Assembly (NCBI GenBank): GCA_964394145.1
Contig: CAYMVL010000043.1
Location: 53,285-117,284 of the forward strand
DNA: 64,000 nt
Source: an uncultured Dehalococcoidales bacterium
Lineage (GTDB): Bacteria > Chloroflexota > Dehalococcoidia > GIF9 > AB-539-J10
Reading direction: 5' to 3'
Positions within the stretch are counted from its first letter, which is position 1. Every line of letters starts with the position of its first letter. Made by a program: the position numbers and the translations under genes. Of this stretch, positions 9,422 to 20,146 are shown piece by piece. A model generated the notes under the pieces. That model had not been told where the DNA came from and did not search any database. It saw nothing but the letters and a program-made list of their open reading frames with translations.

Positions 9422-10591
9422 GTGAATATCGTTATTGCCCCTCAGGGTTTCAAAGGAAACATCAGTGCTCTCCAGGTCGCCCGGGCGATTGACAACGGAA
9501 TTAAACGCGTGATGCCCGAGGCAGTGACTGCCATAATGCCAATGGCGGATGGAGGGGAAGGGACATTAGAGGCTCTGGTTGCTGCAACTGGAGGCACCAT
9601 CAGAGAAACAGAGGTCACAGGCCCATTAGGGGGATCTGTCAATGCCCGGTGGGGCATTCTGCCGGATAAAGCTACAGCCGTTGTTGAGATGGCGGCCGCG
9701 TCAGGTATCATGCTCGTAGCATCCGATGATCTCAACCCGCTAATGGCGACGACATATGGTACAGGGCAGCTAATCTTGGCGGCACTTGACAGTGGCTGTC
9801 GTAAATTGATTATTGGTATCGGCGGCAGTGCCACTAATGATGGTGGTGCCGGCATGGCTCAAGCCCTGGGCGTCCGGCTGTTAGATTCGAAGGGGGCAAG
9901 TCTTCCATTTGGTGGGGCGGCGCTAGCCAGACTGGAGCGCATTGATATGTCCGACATAGACCAAAGGCTGGTAGATTGTAATGTAGTGGTAGCCTGTGAT
10001 GTCACTAACCCCCTTTGTGGTACTGATGGAGCATCGGCCGTTTACGGGCCTCAGAAGGGGGCTACGCAAGAAATGGTTAAGCAGCTTGATGCCGCGCTGT
10101 CTCACTACGCCGATGTTATCAAGAATGACCTGAATATAGAGGTGAAGGATGCTGCTGGTTCCGGGGCAGCCGGCGGTTTAGGAGCCGGGCTCATAGCTTT
10201 CCTCAAAGCTAAGATAATGCCTGGCATTGCTGTCGTTATTGAATCCACCCGGCTGGTAGAGCAACTTACTGATGCCGACCTGGTTTTTACCGGCGAAGGC
10301 AAGATCGATGCCCAGACGGGATGGGGCAAAGTACCAGTTGGGGTTGCCCGGAAAGCAAAGGAGTTCGGAGTGCCCGTTATCGCCCTTGCCGGTGAGGTAG
10401 CCAGTGACTACAGGGCCATCTACGATTACGGAATAGATGGCGTGCTCAGCATTGCTCCGGGCCCCATCAGCCTGAGTCAGTCAATGGCCAAAGCCGAGAA
10501 ATTGATCGCTGATGCAGCAGAATGCGCCCTTAATATATACCTCTGTGGCACTAAGGGTCGCATTCGCAAGCAGACGGGAGGACAATGCTGA
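9422..10591 (+). CDS. glxK: Glycerate kinase (GlxK/GarK family)
   Basis: IVIAPQGFKG, PMADGGEGT, GIGGSATNDGGAG, GAAGGLG, TGEGKID; GTG 9422 preferred over 9323. Confidence 0.93.
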   Translation: MNIVIAPQGFKGNISALQVARAIDNGIKRVMPEAVTAIMPMADGGEGTLEALVAATGGTIRETEVTGPLGGSVNARWGILPDKATAVVEMAAASGIMLVASDDLNPLMATTYGTGQLILAALDSGCRKLIIGIGGSATNDGGAGMAQALGVRLLDSKGASLPFGGAALARLERIDMSDIDQRLVDCNVVVACDVTNPLCGTDGASAVYGPQKGATQEMVKQLDAALSHYADVIKNDLNIEVKDAAGSGAAGGLGAGLIAFLKAKIMPGIAVVIESTRLVEQLTDADLVFTGEGKIDAQTGWGKVPVGVARKAKEFGVPVIALAGEVASDYRAIYDYGIDGVLSIAPGPISLSQSMAKAEKLIADAAECALNIYLCGTKGRIRKQTGGQC

Positions 10592-10646
10592 AATATAAGG
10601 AGTCTCTTGCGCAGAATGTAGCACGGAGGGTAGTTGGGGAAGGGTC

Positions 10647-11735
10647 ATGAAGGCAGTCATACTGGTCGGAGGAGAAGGAACTAGGCTACGCCCGCTGACC
10701 TTTAATACACCTAAGGCCATGGTGCCTATACTAAACCGGCCATTTCTGGAGCACCTGCTACTTTATCTGGCAAAACATGGTATAAGCGACGTAATTCTTG
10801 CTATGGGTTATCTTCCGGACCCCATCCAAAGGAGTCTGGGAAACGGTAGCCATTTAGGGATTAACATCACTTATCTGCTAGAGGACTCTCCCCTGGGTAC
10901 TGCGGGAGCGGTGAAGAATGCGGAGCCTTCGCTGAAGGAATCCTTTGTCGTATTCAATGGTGACATCCTGACTGAAATCGACTTGACAGACATGATCAAG
11001 CGGCACAGGGAAATAAACCCGGAGGTAAGCATAGCGCTCACACCAGTGGAGGACCCCACCATTTATGGGGTTGTGGAGACCGACGCAAAGGGGCTGGTGA
11101 AGAGTTTCGTGGAGAAACCAGCCCGGGAAGAAGTCACCACCAATATGATAAATGCCGGCATATACATCTTGGAGCCCGGGGTTCTCGAGTATATTCCAGC
11201 TGAGACTCGCTGCATGTTTGAGAACTATGTTTTCCCCACACTGCTCAAGACAGGAAAAAGCATCCTGAGCTATCCATCTGAAGCCTATTGGATTGACATT
11301 GGTACACCGGAGAAATACCTGAAGGCACACCATGATCTTCTCTCCAGATGTGGGGACGAAACTGTTCGTACCCAGGGCGAGAGCCGAATCCACTCTACAG
11401 CCCGAATAGAAGGGCCAGCGTTGATTGGAGAAGGCTGCCTTATCGCAGAAGATGCGCGGATAAAGGGTCCTGTTGTGCTCGGGCCGGGATGCCAGATTGG
11501 CAGAGGTGTAGTTGTGGAAGGTGCCGTGTTATGGGAAGGGGTGATGGTGGGGGAAGAGACGGTCATCAGGAACTGCATGATCGGCTCCCACGCCCATGTG
11601 GGCAGCCACTGCCAGATATTAGATGATTGCGTTGTGGGTGACGATGTTAAGATAGGCAAGGAAAGCAACCTTGCCTCAGGGACAAGACTTTCCCCAGAGA
11701 GTTACGGGGATCCAATTACGATGAGAAGCGTTTGA
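10647..11735 (+). CDS. NDP-sugar synthase, probable mannose-1-phosphate guanylyltransferase
   Basis: LVGGEGTRLRPLT..PK, PLGTAG, NGD, FVEKP, INAGIY, WIDIGTP, hexapeptide-repeat C-terminus. Confidence 0.88.
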   Translation: MKAVILVGGEGTRLRPLTFNTPKAMVPILNRPFLEHLLLYLAKHGISDVILAMGYLPDPIQRSLGNGSHLGINITYLLEDSPLGTAGAVKNAEPSLKESFVVFNGDILTEIDLTDMIKRHREINPEVSIALTPVEDPTIYGVVETDAKGLVKSFVEKPAREEVTTNMINAGIYILEPGVLEYIPAETRCMFENYVFPTLLKTGKSILSYPSEAYWIDIGTPEKYLKAHHDLLSRCGDETVRTQGESRIHSTARIEGPALIGEGCLIAEDARIKGPVVLGPGCQIGRGVVVEGAVLWEGVMVGEETVIRNCMIGSHAHVGSHCQILDDCVVGDDVKIGKESNLASGTRLSPESYGDPITMRSV

Positions 11736-11778
11736 AGCTTGCGCTTCAAACGCAATGTTGATATAAAAGGGGGATTAT

Positions 11779-13485
11779 ATGTGTCCTATATGCGGGTTGG
11801 TGAATCGAGATTGCCAGGATACTGACAGTAAGATGCACTCCATGATGAGCACATTGAAAGGCAAGGATGCTGCGGGAGCCTGGCTTGTCTACGACGGGAT
11901 AGCTAAGAGATGGAATGGGGGCATTGAACGAATCAAAGGACAAGCCTTGGGTCAAATTTCGCTGGCTACAAGGGACTTAGCTCCAGAACAACCGGGCTAT
12001 GATCGTAGCGGGAACCTGGTCGTGCTCATAATAGGTAACATTTACAACAATCAGGAGCTAGGATTGAGCCTGGCTTCCGCCCGCAAACCATCTTGCGCCA
12101 GCGACGCGGAACTAGTAGCTCTCCTCTTGGAGGAAAGTTACCAAGGGGACCTGAGCACAGCTCTTAAACAGGTAGCAAGGAAACTCGACGGAGCCTATTG
12201 CATAGCGGCGTCTGACGGCAAACAGATTGCCCTGTTACAGGACCCCACTGGACTTATTCCTGCCTACTATGACGAAAACGACAAGCTGGCGGCTTTTGCC
12301 TCAGAAAAGAAGGCATTATGGGAAATAGGGCTGCGAAATGTAAGACCCTTACGGGCAGGAATGCTCGCTTCCTTTGCTGCAGATGGGATTAGCTTGGCTA
12401 AAGTCCTTCGCTTACGCGATATGGTGGTCGAAGCCACCATAGATGACTTGACTAGTGCTGTTGACAGCTACTCTACCCTGCTTAGAACCGCTGTGGAAAG
12501 AAGGCTACGTAACCTAAAGAAGGTGGGAGTTCTTGTCTCAGGAGGGGTAGACAGCTGCCTTATAGCCAAACTTGTCTCAGACGCAGCGGCCGGGAGAGGC
12601 ATTGAGGTAATAGCTTATACTGCAGGGACAGACGGGGCTGATGATATTGAATACGCGGCGAATTTTGTTCGCGGGCTAGGGCTGCCACACAGGGTGAGAA
12701 GACTGACTCAGCACGAGATAGAGTCATATATACCGCGCGTTATTATCGCAGTTGAAGCGAGAGGCCTGGTGCAAGTGGAAGCTGGCATTGGAGTCTATGC
12801 TGCCCTGGAGGCAGCGAGAGAGGACGGCGTAAAGGTAGTGTTTTCCGGTCAGGGTCCCGACGAACTGTGGGGTGGCTATAGCTGGTATCCCCGGGTGATC
12901 GCCAAAGATGGTTACGAAGTGTTACAGGAAAGGATGTGGGATGACCTCGAAATGGCCGACATAGAGACCTTTGATAGAGAGCGAAAAATTGCATTGGCGC
13001 TCGGCATGGAGCAAGTATTCCCCTACGTCGATATCAGTGTGGTACGTCTGGCGATGAGCGTGTCACCCCGCCTGAAGATAAATTCCGTCGAAGACCACGT
13101 TGGTAAGCGCCCACATAGGGAAGCTGCAAAAAGGCTCGGTGTGCCGATAGAATACGCTGACAGAGCAAAGAATGCAGCTCAGCATGGCACCGGAGTCCAT
13201 GAATTCTTTGACAAGATAGCCCGCAAGAATGGTTTTACACCCGAGCTCGTGGCGCTTGTCGGGTACAGCAGTAATGGGGTCAATGAGAAGAGCCTGGGCA
13301 GTTCTGTCCGCTACGGCTACCTCTATGGTGAACAGGAACTCTGGCAGGTACCAGAGCACATCCAGTTTTTCCTTGATTCAATAGCATACCAGAAGAATCT
13401 GCTTAACGAAGTGGAGAGGTCGAGAATAGAAGTGTTCCTGAAGAAGACTGGCATGCCTGTGAAAGTACGCGCTTGGAATCAGTAG
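11779..13485 (+). CDS. Asparagine synthetase B-like ATP-dependent amide ligase
   Basis: N-terminal MC, SGGVDS PP-loop, SGQGPDELWGGY, K.A.QHGTG. Confidence 0.85.
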   Translation: MCPICGLVNRDCQDTDSKMHSMMSTLKGKDAAGAWLVYDGIAKRWNGGIERIKGQALGQISLATRDLAPEQPGYDRSGNLVVLIIGNIYNNQELGLSLASARKPSCASDAELVALLLEESYQGDLSTALKQVARKLDGAYCIAASDGKQIALLQDPTGLIPAYYDENDKLAAFASEKKALWEIGLRNVRPLRAGMLASFAADGISLAKVLRLRDMVVEATIDDLTSAVDSYSTLLRTAVERRLRNLKKVGVLVSGGVDSCLIAKLVSDAAAGRGIEVIAYTAGTDGADDIEYAANFVRGLGLPHRVRRLTQHEIESYIPRVIIAVEARGLVQVEAGIGVYAALEAAREDGVKVVFSGQGPDELWGGYSWYPRVIAKDGYEVLQERMWDDLEMADIETFDRERKIALALGMEQVFPYVDISVVRLAMSVSPRLKINSVEDHVGKRPHREAAKRLGVPIEYADRAKNAAQHGTGVHEFFDKIARKNGFTPELVALVGYSSNGVNEKSLGSSVRYGYLYGEQELWQVPEHIQFFLDSIAYQKNLLNEVERSRIEVFLKKTGMPVKVRAWNQ

Positions 13486-13741
13486 AAGCTGCTTTATCCT
13501 GGAAAACGTGGCTGTAGCTTCTTGTTCCGTGGGCTACTTTCCATTCATTTTTCACTGTTTCAGGGCCTCTGGTAATGAGAGTGTCGAATAATCTAGAACG
13601 GGCCGGCCTACCTTATTTCTCCACTGTGCCTTGGGCCGTCGCTATTATGACGTGCCTATCCCGGAGTGGTGATTGAAACAGGCCATATCGGCTATACTGT
13701 AGAAAACGAAGTGATTAGCTTCAGTTAATAGGGGGAAGAGA

Positions 13742-15799
13742 ATGCGTATCGAAAGCAGCAAGCAAGTTGAACATTTCGGAGCGGTGAGAGTGCACCCTGT
13801 GCGTCGTATTCTGGAGCTTGACTCTGGCGCCAGGATCCCGTCCCAGCTTAATGAAACCGTTGGGCCACAGAGAATCGAGCGCGACGTTATTGCGGGCATT
13901 CAACAAAGAATGGCTATTGTTCTGCCAATAAAGGATGAGGATTTGAGAGTCTTTGAAGGCGTACTTAGTGGCATTCCCCACGATTGCTTGATGATTGTGA
14001 TGTCTAACAGCGGGCGGGGAGAGATTGACAATCTGAAGAAGGAACAGGAAACGTTGGAGCGATTCTGCATTGCCACGCAGAGGAATGCGTTTATTGTGCA
14101 TCAGAAGGACCCTCATCTGGCAGAAGCCCTGGCCGACTGCGGCTACAACAAAGTCCTTGATGACGAAGGGCTGGTGAGAAATGGTAAGGCAGAAGGTATG
14201 GTCATTGGCATGCTGCTGGCAATGGCAATTGGCAAGGACTATGTTGGATTCATTGATACCGATAACTATATTCCCGGGGCGGTATGGGAATACGTACAGC
14301 ATTATGCCATCGGATTCAGTTTATCAATTTCGCCATATGTTATGACCCGGATTCTATGGAGATACAAACCCAAGATCTCAGGTGAACTATACTTCAAGAA
14401 GTGGGGTCGGGTGTCCGAAATAACGAACAGGTACATAAATCACTTTATATCCAGCAAGGGCAAATTTGAGATTGACGTAATCAAGACCGCCAATGCCGGG
14501 GAACATGCCATGAGTCTGGAACTGGCCAAGAAGCTAACCTATGCCACAGGCTATGGGGTTGAAACACAGGAACTGATGTCCATCCTGGAGCAGTTCTCGG
14601 CCCTGACACCTATAGTTGACAAGACTGTAGCAGAAAAAGGTGTCGACATTATTCAGACAGAGACCATAAATCCTCACGTCCACGAGGAAAGAGGTGAAGC
14701 ACACCTGATTCAGGACATGCTTGCGCCCAGTCTGTCGGTTATCTACCACAGTCCGTTATGCGAAGAAACAACGAAGCAATTGATAACCAAGCATCTGGTA
14801 GAGCTGGAATGCATCCCGGAAGGTGGTGAAGTGCCACAATTGAGAATGCTACCGCCGCCAGAGACCGCTGACAGTCAGAAGTTTGCCAGTTTCCTCGACA
14901 GGCACCTCAATGATTACGCTGTGCCTAAGGGGTCGCCGGTATGGGCCAGCTTACCGTCGGCAGCCCGTAAGGGGCAGGGTGTTACAAAGGTGGTTTTCAC
15001 CGACCTTGACGGCACCTTGCTTCATCCGGTCAGCTACTCCTATGCGGCGGCACTTGATTCTGTTCGGATATTGCAGGAAGCAAGAATCCCCATAGTATTC
15101 TGCTCCGCCAAGACAAGGGCGGAGCAGCAGGTCTACCGGGAAGAACTCGGTGTTAAAGCTCCGTTTATTATAGAGAATGGGGCAGCTATCGTGGTGCCGA
15201 AGGACTACTTCCGGTTTCCCTTCTCTTTTAGCAGAGTTATTGATAACTACCTTCTTATCGAACTTGGACTCCCCTACGAAGAAGTGAAGAACAGGTTAAG
15301 GAAATTGAAAGAAGGATGCGGGGCCAAAGTCACTCTATTCGGCGACCTCAGCACCGAGGAGGTCTCCAAAGCGACCGGATTGAACCTGCTGATGGCGGGA
15401 CTCGCCAAGCAGAGAGACTACAGTGAAACGTTAATAATAGAGGGGAGCAAGAAGCAGATCGAAGCAGCCCTGGCAAAGTTAGGGGGGGTAGGCCTAGACT
15501 ATACCTTTGGAGGTAAATTCTATGAAGTATATCTGGGTGGCGATAAAGGCAAAGCGGTCAAGATTCTAACGGAGCTTTTCAAACTCAACTTTGGCGAAAT
15601 ATACACCCTAGGTATCGGCGACAACCTGAATGACGCAGGGATGCTGGCTGCCGTGGACCTGCCGATACTGGTGCAGAGGGCGAACAACAGCTGGAGCAGA
15701 CTGAAAGTTAAAAATCTCAAACGTGTCACAGGGATTGGCCCTGAAGGCTGGGCTAAAGCAGCGTCGTGGCTATTGGAGAGCGGTAATCAAAGCAAGTAG
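13742..15799 (+). CDS. mgsD: Bifunctional mannosyl-3-phosphoglycerate synthase/phosphatase
   Basis: MpgS half: LSGIPHDC, VRNGKAEGM, GFIDTDNY, WRYKPK, GRVSE, NAGEHAM; HAD half: FTDLDGTL, SAKT.AE, ENGA, DKGKA, GDNLND. Confidence 0.93.
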   Translation: MRIESSKQVEHFGAVRVHPVRRILELDSGARIPSQLNETVGPQRIERDVIAGIQQRMAIVLPIKDEDLRVFEGVLSGIPHDCLMIVMSNSGRGEIDNLKKEQETLERFCIATQRNAFIVHQKDPHLAEALADCGYNKVLDDEGLVRNGKAEGMVIGMLLAMAIGKDYVGFIDTDNYIPGAVWEYVQHYAIGFSLSISPYVMTRILWRYKPKISGELYFKKWGRVSEITNRYINHFISSKGKFEIDVIKTANAGEHAMSLELAKKLTYATGYGVETQELMSILEQFSALTPIVDKTVAEKGVDIIQTETINPHVHEERGEAHLIQDMLAPSLSVIYHSPLCEETTKQLITKHLVELECIPEGGEVPQLRMLPPPETADSQKFASFLDRHLNDYAVPKGSPVWASLPSAARKGQGVTKVVFTDLDGTLLHPVSYSYAAALDSVRILQEARIPIVFCSAKTRAEQQVYREELGVKAPFIIENGAAIVVPKDYFRFPFSFSRVIDNYLLIELGLPYEEVKNRLRKLKEGCGAKVTLFGDLSTEEVSKATGLNLLMAGLAKQRDYSETLIIEGSKKQIEAALAKLGGVGLDYTFGGKFYEVYLGGDKGKAVKILTELFKLNFGEIYTLGIGDNLNDAGMLAAVDLPILVQRANNSWSRLKVKNLKRVTGIGPEGWAKAASWLLESGNQSK

Positions 15800-15873
15800 T
15801 ATAAGGGGTCAACGATGCTGAGCAACGGTGAGGGCAACAAGCTGCCAGCTTAAAATCAGAGTTACCCGGAGGT

Positions 15874-18411
15874 TCAGAACCCTATCTTGAGTGTTACTAT
15901 CTCAAAGGGTTTGACCCAGAATTTTATCTTTCTGCCCCTGAATTTGACCGGCTCTTGCTCCACCTCAAGAAGATTTGCCACGTTTACCGAGGTCGGTTCT
16001 TTGAAGAGCGTTATCTCACCCCATGTCTTCTGTCCCTTTGTTTCAAAGAACCTCAGAATAACGTCATCGGACGCTTCTGCCTTCTTGAAGGCGACCAGCA
16101 CCAGGTTCTCTGGCTTCAACTCAACAAACGAGAACTGGTTCGGGAAGAGCCTGTTCCCTTTTATTTTCAGTGGCAACTGGAAAGCCATCAGATTGTAATT
16201 AAACTCATAAGCTGGCTTGAAGACGTCATTCTCCTTCCAACCCTTCAGATGGGGAAGGATAGCGTATTCAAAGGAATAAGTTTTCAATTCCTGTGCATCA
16301 GGTGTTGGAATGGCGGGACCTGTAACGCCATCGGATGAGAGCATAAGGACGCTCCTCAACAAAGTGAGATAAATGCTGCCATCCCTGACCTCATGCGCAG
16401 GTAGCCCCTTATTAATCAGAGTCACCCCCTTATCCCGATCAGAATAGTCAATCCAGTTCAGGGCAGGATATGTTCCAGATGGATTCTCGACCCACTTTCC
16501 TCTCGGCTTATCATAATACTGGTTGCTACGCCGGGTTATCACTCCAAATTGAGTTTCAGAGTCGTATTTGGGGGAGTTGATGTTCGTCGCAAATTTTACC
16601 CGTATTCGTACTTGAGGATGGTGATTGTTGATGGTAGTAACGAAGTCAATTCTGGGTATATCGTTGTATACAGTAACCTTCTTGGAAACAGAGATGAAGC
16701 AGTGCCTCCAAAGCACAGGCCTCAGCTTATCCCGGAACCGGTAAGGCCATATAAGAGAATAATAGTCAGTTTCCACGTCGATCAGTACCCTCAGGGGAGT
16801 CTTGCTGATGTTGAAGCTCTTAAGTCTGAATTTCCCGAATTCCACGCCCTCATCGCCCTCTGTTTTGAAGGCTTCCTCTAAATTCTGCCGGTGGTAGTAA
16901 AGATCGCCGGTTTCCTCCTCCAGAACCAACTCGTTTCCTCGAACCAGATATTTGCCATCCTGCTTAACTTCAATCAGCCCATTTGCGGGATTTGTGGTGA
17001 CCGTGAAGAACTGGTTCTGAATAGCGTTGCCCCCAATTTTCGTCTTTGCGCGGGGAGAACCGCGCGGGTTCCTCCTTAATATCCTGTAAGTCCTGTAACC
17101 GCAGGGTGGAATGGTTGCCACAAACCCGAGTTTGACGGTCTGATACGAGTCATCCTGATACCGAGAGGACTCCAGGATTTCGGCCTCTAGCTCATCCCTG
17201 CCACTCCTCAACCCACCAATTCTCTTAATCTTCCCCCGGTCGAACCCCAGCTCGACTTCTACCCAATTAGTCACGGACCAGGAGAGCGGGTTAAAGACGA
17301 TGATATCGTCCTGAGTCTGTAGATTCGCAGCGGCGACATCGACGAAGTTGGCCAGGATATCGCTAAGATGAGATTGAAGATATTCGAAGTTATCTCTTGC
17401 CTCTTTGTAGCCTTCGTCCATTCCAGTGCCCGGCACCACGTCATGGAATGCTCCCCAGAGCACCTTTTTCCAGTTGTCTCTGAATTCATCAACCGGGTAC
17501 GGGACGCCGAGAAGCCAGGCAATAGTGCTCCATCTCTCACAGACAAGTATCAGGTGTTCGTATTTTCTCAGGTTCTGCTTTACCCAGATTCTGCTTGAAG
17601 AACAATGAGGGAATATACGTGAGAGTCGTCCTGAGTACATCTCACCGCGTCTGGTCTTGAGGTTGATGGCTTCCTTCTCCACGCTCTTGAAGAATTCAGA
17701 CGGACCTGAAATAAGCATTACAGAGTCATCATGAGACCTGTTCCATTTCTTAACGGCCCGAATGGTCTCGGGCTGAGGAGGGACTGAGCCACTACCTGAA
17801 GGCATCAGCACATGGTCCGTAGCAGCCAACGATTTGAGCAGGTCAAAGCTCTCCCCAAACTTGCTAAGGTCTAACCCGGCTCTATAACCAAGCGGCATAC
17901 AGTGGGTCAGTATCTTCGTTCCGTCTAGTCCCTCCCACAAGAATTCAGACGGACGGTCGTAGTAAGAGCCTCTTCGGAAGGCAAAGTACTTATAGCCTGC
18001 CTTGCTATATATTTGTGGCGATTGAGCGTTATAGCCGAAGCTGTCTGCCCCCCACATTACCGGCACGTCAACTCCAAACTTCTGCTCTACGTAGCGCTTC
18101 CCGAAGAGTATCCCTCTGACCAGCGTTTCACCGTTGGGAATCATCGTGTCAGCCATCAGATATTCGCCACCGGCGATTTCTATTTTGCCAGCCTTTATGA
18201 GCTTCTTGAGCGCGGCGAAAAGACTGGGGTTTCTCCTTTCCAGCTCCTCCAGTAGAACAGTCTGCTCTATCAAGAACTTATAACCGGACTTGCCCATCAA
18301 ATCTATTGCCGGCTTCAAGATAAGCTCGATGGTAATATACAGGTAGTCCTCCTTGGTGAATACCCAAACAGCATCGTAATGGCTGTGGGGGACAAGATAG
18401 ATTGTATGCAT
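15874..18411 (-). CDS. GH38 alpha-mannosidase
   Basis: HSHYDAVW Zn motif, WGADSFG nucleophile region, FHDVVPGT, LTLLRS. Confidence 0.9.
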   Translation of the reverse strand: MHTIYLVPHSHYDAVWVFTKEDYLYITIELILKPAIDLMGKSGYKFLIEQTVLLEELERRNPSLFAALKKLIKAGKIEIAGGEYLMADTMIPNGETLVRGILFGKRYVEQKFGVDVPVMWGADSFGYNAQSPQIYSKAGYKYFAFRRGSYYDRPSEFLWEGLDGTKILTHCMPLGYRAGLDLSKFGESFDLLKSLAATDHVLMPSGSGSVPPQPETIRAVKKWNRSHDDSVMLISGPSEFFKSVEKEAINLKTRRGEMYSGRLSRIFPHCSSSRIWVKQNLRKYEHLILVCERWSTIAWLLGVPYPVDEFRDNWKKVLWGAFHDVVPGTGMDEGYKEARDNFEYLQSHLSDILANFVDVAAANLQTQDDIIVFNPLSWSVTNWVEVELGFDRGKIKRIGGLRSGRDELEAEILESSRYQDDSYQTVKLGFVATIPPCGYRTYRILRRNPRGSPRAKTKIGGNAIQNQFFTVTTNPANGLIEVKQDGKYLVRGNELVLEEETGDLYYHRQNLEEAFKTEGDEGVEFGKFRLKSFNISKTPLRVLIDVETDYYSLIWPYRFRDKLRPVLWRHCFISVSKKVTVYNDIPRIDFVTTINNHHPQVRIRVKFATNINSPKYDSETQFGVITRRSNQYYDKPRGKWVENPSGTYPALNWIDYSDRDKGVTLINKGLPAHEVRDGSIYLTLLRSVLMLSSDGVTGPAIPTPDAQELKTYSFEYAILPHLKGWKENDVFKPAYEFNYNLMAFQLPLKIKGNRLFPNQFSFVELKPENLVLVAFKKAEASDDVILRFFETKGQKTWGEITLFKEPTSVNVANLLEVEQEPVKFRGRKIKFWVKPFEIVTLKIGF

Positions 18412-18677
18412 TTAGACCTCCAGCTTATGTTCCAAGTCTATGCAGAAGAATCTTTACTCGGATAACTCTGGTTTTACCAATTCTAAACTGTCACTGGTTC
18501 TTTATCAACCCCCGTGCAGCAGAGATGGAGCGGCCTGTCTCATTAGCCCCGGTTCAAATCTGATGTAATGGCGCTGTGACGCCTTTGAAGCTCCTGGATT
18601 TGAATTGCTAGCCTATCAAGGTCTAGGGGTGAAAGAATATTCACTGTGTCGCGATATGAGGCCTCTATTTCGCTTCA

Positions 18678-20009
18678 TCAATGGTCACCCCACCATCTCT
18701 TTATCCGGGCGGCAATCTCCTTCTCGTAGCCCTCGTCGCTCGGAAGATAGTAATGCTTGCCTTGAAGGGAAGAGGGCAGGTTTTGCTGCCGCACAAAATG
18801 GCCCGGGTAATCATGGGCATACTTATAGCCCTTTCCATATCCTTCACGGCGCATCAAGCCGGTTACCGGGTTACGCAAATGCAGCGGCACAGGGTCGTTC
18901 TGTCCGTGCTGTATATCCTCTTGAACCTGAGAATAGGCCTGGTACAGTGAGTTGCTCTTGGGAGCAGTCGCAAGATAGACGGCCGCTTGAGCTAGAGCCA
19001 GACTGCCTTCTGGCAAGCCCACAAAGTGCAGCGCCTGCTGCGCAGCCACTGCTATAGTCAAGGCCTGTGGGTCAGCCATGCCCACATCCTCAGAGGCAAA
19101 GCGCACCAGCCGCCGGGCGATATAGAGTGGGTCCTCACCAGCTTCCAGCATACGCCCAAGCCAGTACAAACCAGCGTCGGGGTCAGAACCCCGGAGGGAC
19201 TTATGCAGGGCTGAAATCAGGTCATAGTGCTCCTCGCCAGCCTTATCGTAGAGCAAGGCACGGTGCTGCAGTGCCTCCTCAATGGCAGCCAGGGTTATGA
19301 TTCGCCGCCCATCGCTTTGAGCCGAAGTGGCAAACGTCGCCATCTCCAGGGCATTCAGCGCTACGCGGGCATCTCCGCCGGACATAGTTACCAAATGTTG
19401 CATAGCCTCCTCGGCTATCTCAACTTTTAATTCCCCCAGCCCCCTCTCCACATCGTTAATAGCCCGCCGCATGATGAGCTTGATCTCCTGCTCGCCAAGC
19501 AAATTCAGCCTGAAGACACGGCATCGAGAAAGAAGCGGCGAGACAACTTCAAAGGAGGGATTCTCCGTAGTGGCCCCAATCAATGTAACTGTGCCATCTT
19601 CTACGAAGGGCAGTACTGCATCCTGCTGGGCCTTATTGAAACGGTGAATCTCGTCTATAAAAAGAATCGTCCGCTGCCCGGATACCTTTAACCGCTTCTT
19701 GGCCTCAGTGATAACATGCCGTAAATCAGCTACTCCGGCACTTACCGCACTGATTGGGCTGAAGTAGGACTTGCTAATAGCGGCAATAATCTGGGCCAGA
19801 GTTGTCTTGCCGCTGCCCGGCGGCCCCCATAGTATTATGGAGGGCAATTGGTCCGACTCAATACATTTCCGGAATACGCGCCCGTCAGCAACCAGATGCT
19901 CCTGCCCCACGAACTCGGCAAAGCTGCGAGGGCGCATCCTTGCCGCCAGCGGGGCGACGCGAGGTAGCACAGCTTCCGAGGATGAATCAAACAGAGGCAA
20001 ATTTTGCAT
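18678..20009 (-). CDS. rarA: Replication-associated recombination protein A
   Basis: [52 protein letters not shown]. Confidence 0.96.
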   Translation of the reverse strand: MQNLPLFDSSSEAVLPRVAPLAARMRPRSFAEFVGQEHLVADGRVFRKCIESDQLPSIILWGPPGSGKTTLAQIIAAISKSYFSPISAVSAGVADLRHVITEAKKRLKVSGQRTILFIDEIHRFNKAQQDAVLPFVEDGTVTLIGATTENPSFEVVSPLLSRCRVFRLNLLGEQEIKLIMRRAINDVERGLGELKVEIAEEAMQHLVTMSGGDARVALNALEMATFATSAQSDGRRIITLAAIEEALQHRALLYDKAGEEHYDLISALHKSLRGSDPDAGLYWLGRMLEAGEDPLYIARRLVRFASEDVGMADPQALTIAVAAQQALHFVGLPEGSLALAQAAVYLATAPKSNSLYQAYSQVQEDIQHGQNDPVPLHLRNPVTGLMRREGYGKGYKYAHDYPGHFVRQQNLPSSLQGKHYYLPSDEGYEKEIAARIKRWWGDH

Positions 20010-20146
20010 TTAGCCAGCACCCCGGACGAGTTAACATAATTATAGCAGCCGCCAGCGGCTGGCGCACTCAAGTTGGTCTGCTACATCTTAGCAGAGAGGA
20101 GCTATCAGCCACGCGCCGCACTGGCGGCGGGCGAAGTAGTGAAGTG

